The position numbers and the translations under genes were made by a program. From Callorhinchus milii (lineage: Eukaryota), in the NCBI RefSeq assembly GCF_018977255.1, contig NW_024704743.1, positions 28,522,001 to 28,586,000 of the forward strand: a stretch of DNA of 64,000 bases, in the 5' to 3' direction. The notes under the pieces are model-generated. The model did no database searches, was not told where the DNA came from, and worked only from the letters and a program-made list of their open reading frames with translations. Positions 63,775 to 64,000 of the stretch are shown in pieces; positions within the stretch are counted from its first letter, which is position 1; each line of letters begins with the position of its first letter.

Positions 63775-64000
63775 AATAACAACAACAACAAGATTCCATT
63801 TATTGAGCGCCTTTCACGTCAGGAGGACGTCCCAAGGCGCTGTACAGTTGGGTCAGGACCCGAGCAGGGGGGAAATGGTCAGGGTGAGGGGAGGGAAGGG
63901 AGGGAGCGAGGAGCGGGTAGAGAGTCGAGAGGGGAGCTGAAGGCACAGTCAAAGAGAAAGGTCTTGAGACCAGCCTTCTAGGAGGAAAGGGAGGAAGCAA
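63775..64000 (-). mobile_element. L2 3' end, young subfamily, runs off the window
   Basis: Near-identical to 21160-21383 and 37030-37290. Confidence 0.88.

Overview
Repeat-rich vertebrate genomic DNA, most likely a cartilaginous fish (inferred from the L2/CR1 LINEs, tRNA-Ala SINEs with L2-type tails and Deu-domain SINEs). Two intact, convergent multi-exon genes were assembled by hand from GT-AG sites. One is a clade-B serpin (SERPINB1-type exon structure, Arg-Cys reactive site) on + at 17812-26270, 378 aa. The other is RIPK1 on - at 44976-28198, 695 aa, with kinase domain, caspase-8 site, RHIM and death domain. The most striking structure is non-coding. (i) The serpin-RIPK1 block is bracketed by a ~2 kb inverted duplication (9390-11517 and 60142-61970), and each copy carries an ISRE and two perfect NF-kB sites. 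(ii) The right copy alone contains a 16x18-bp array in which 13 units are perfect CAG|GTGAGT splice donors. (iii) A 1.5 kb GAGCT/GGGCT immunoglobulin-switch-like repeat begins exactly at a gccATG|GTGAG donor upstream of RIPK1. (iv) Two near-identical inverted L2 copies tightly flank three serpin exons that total 429 nt, in frame. All functional interpretations are hypotheses; no searches were run.
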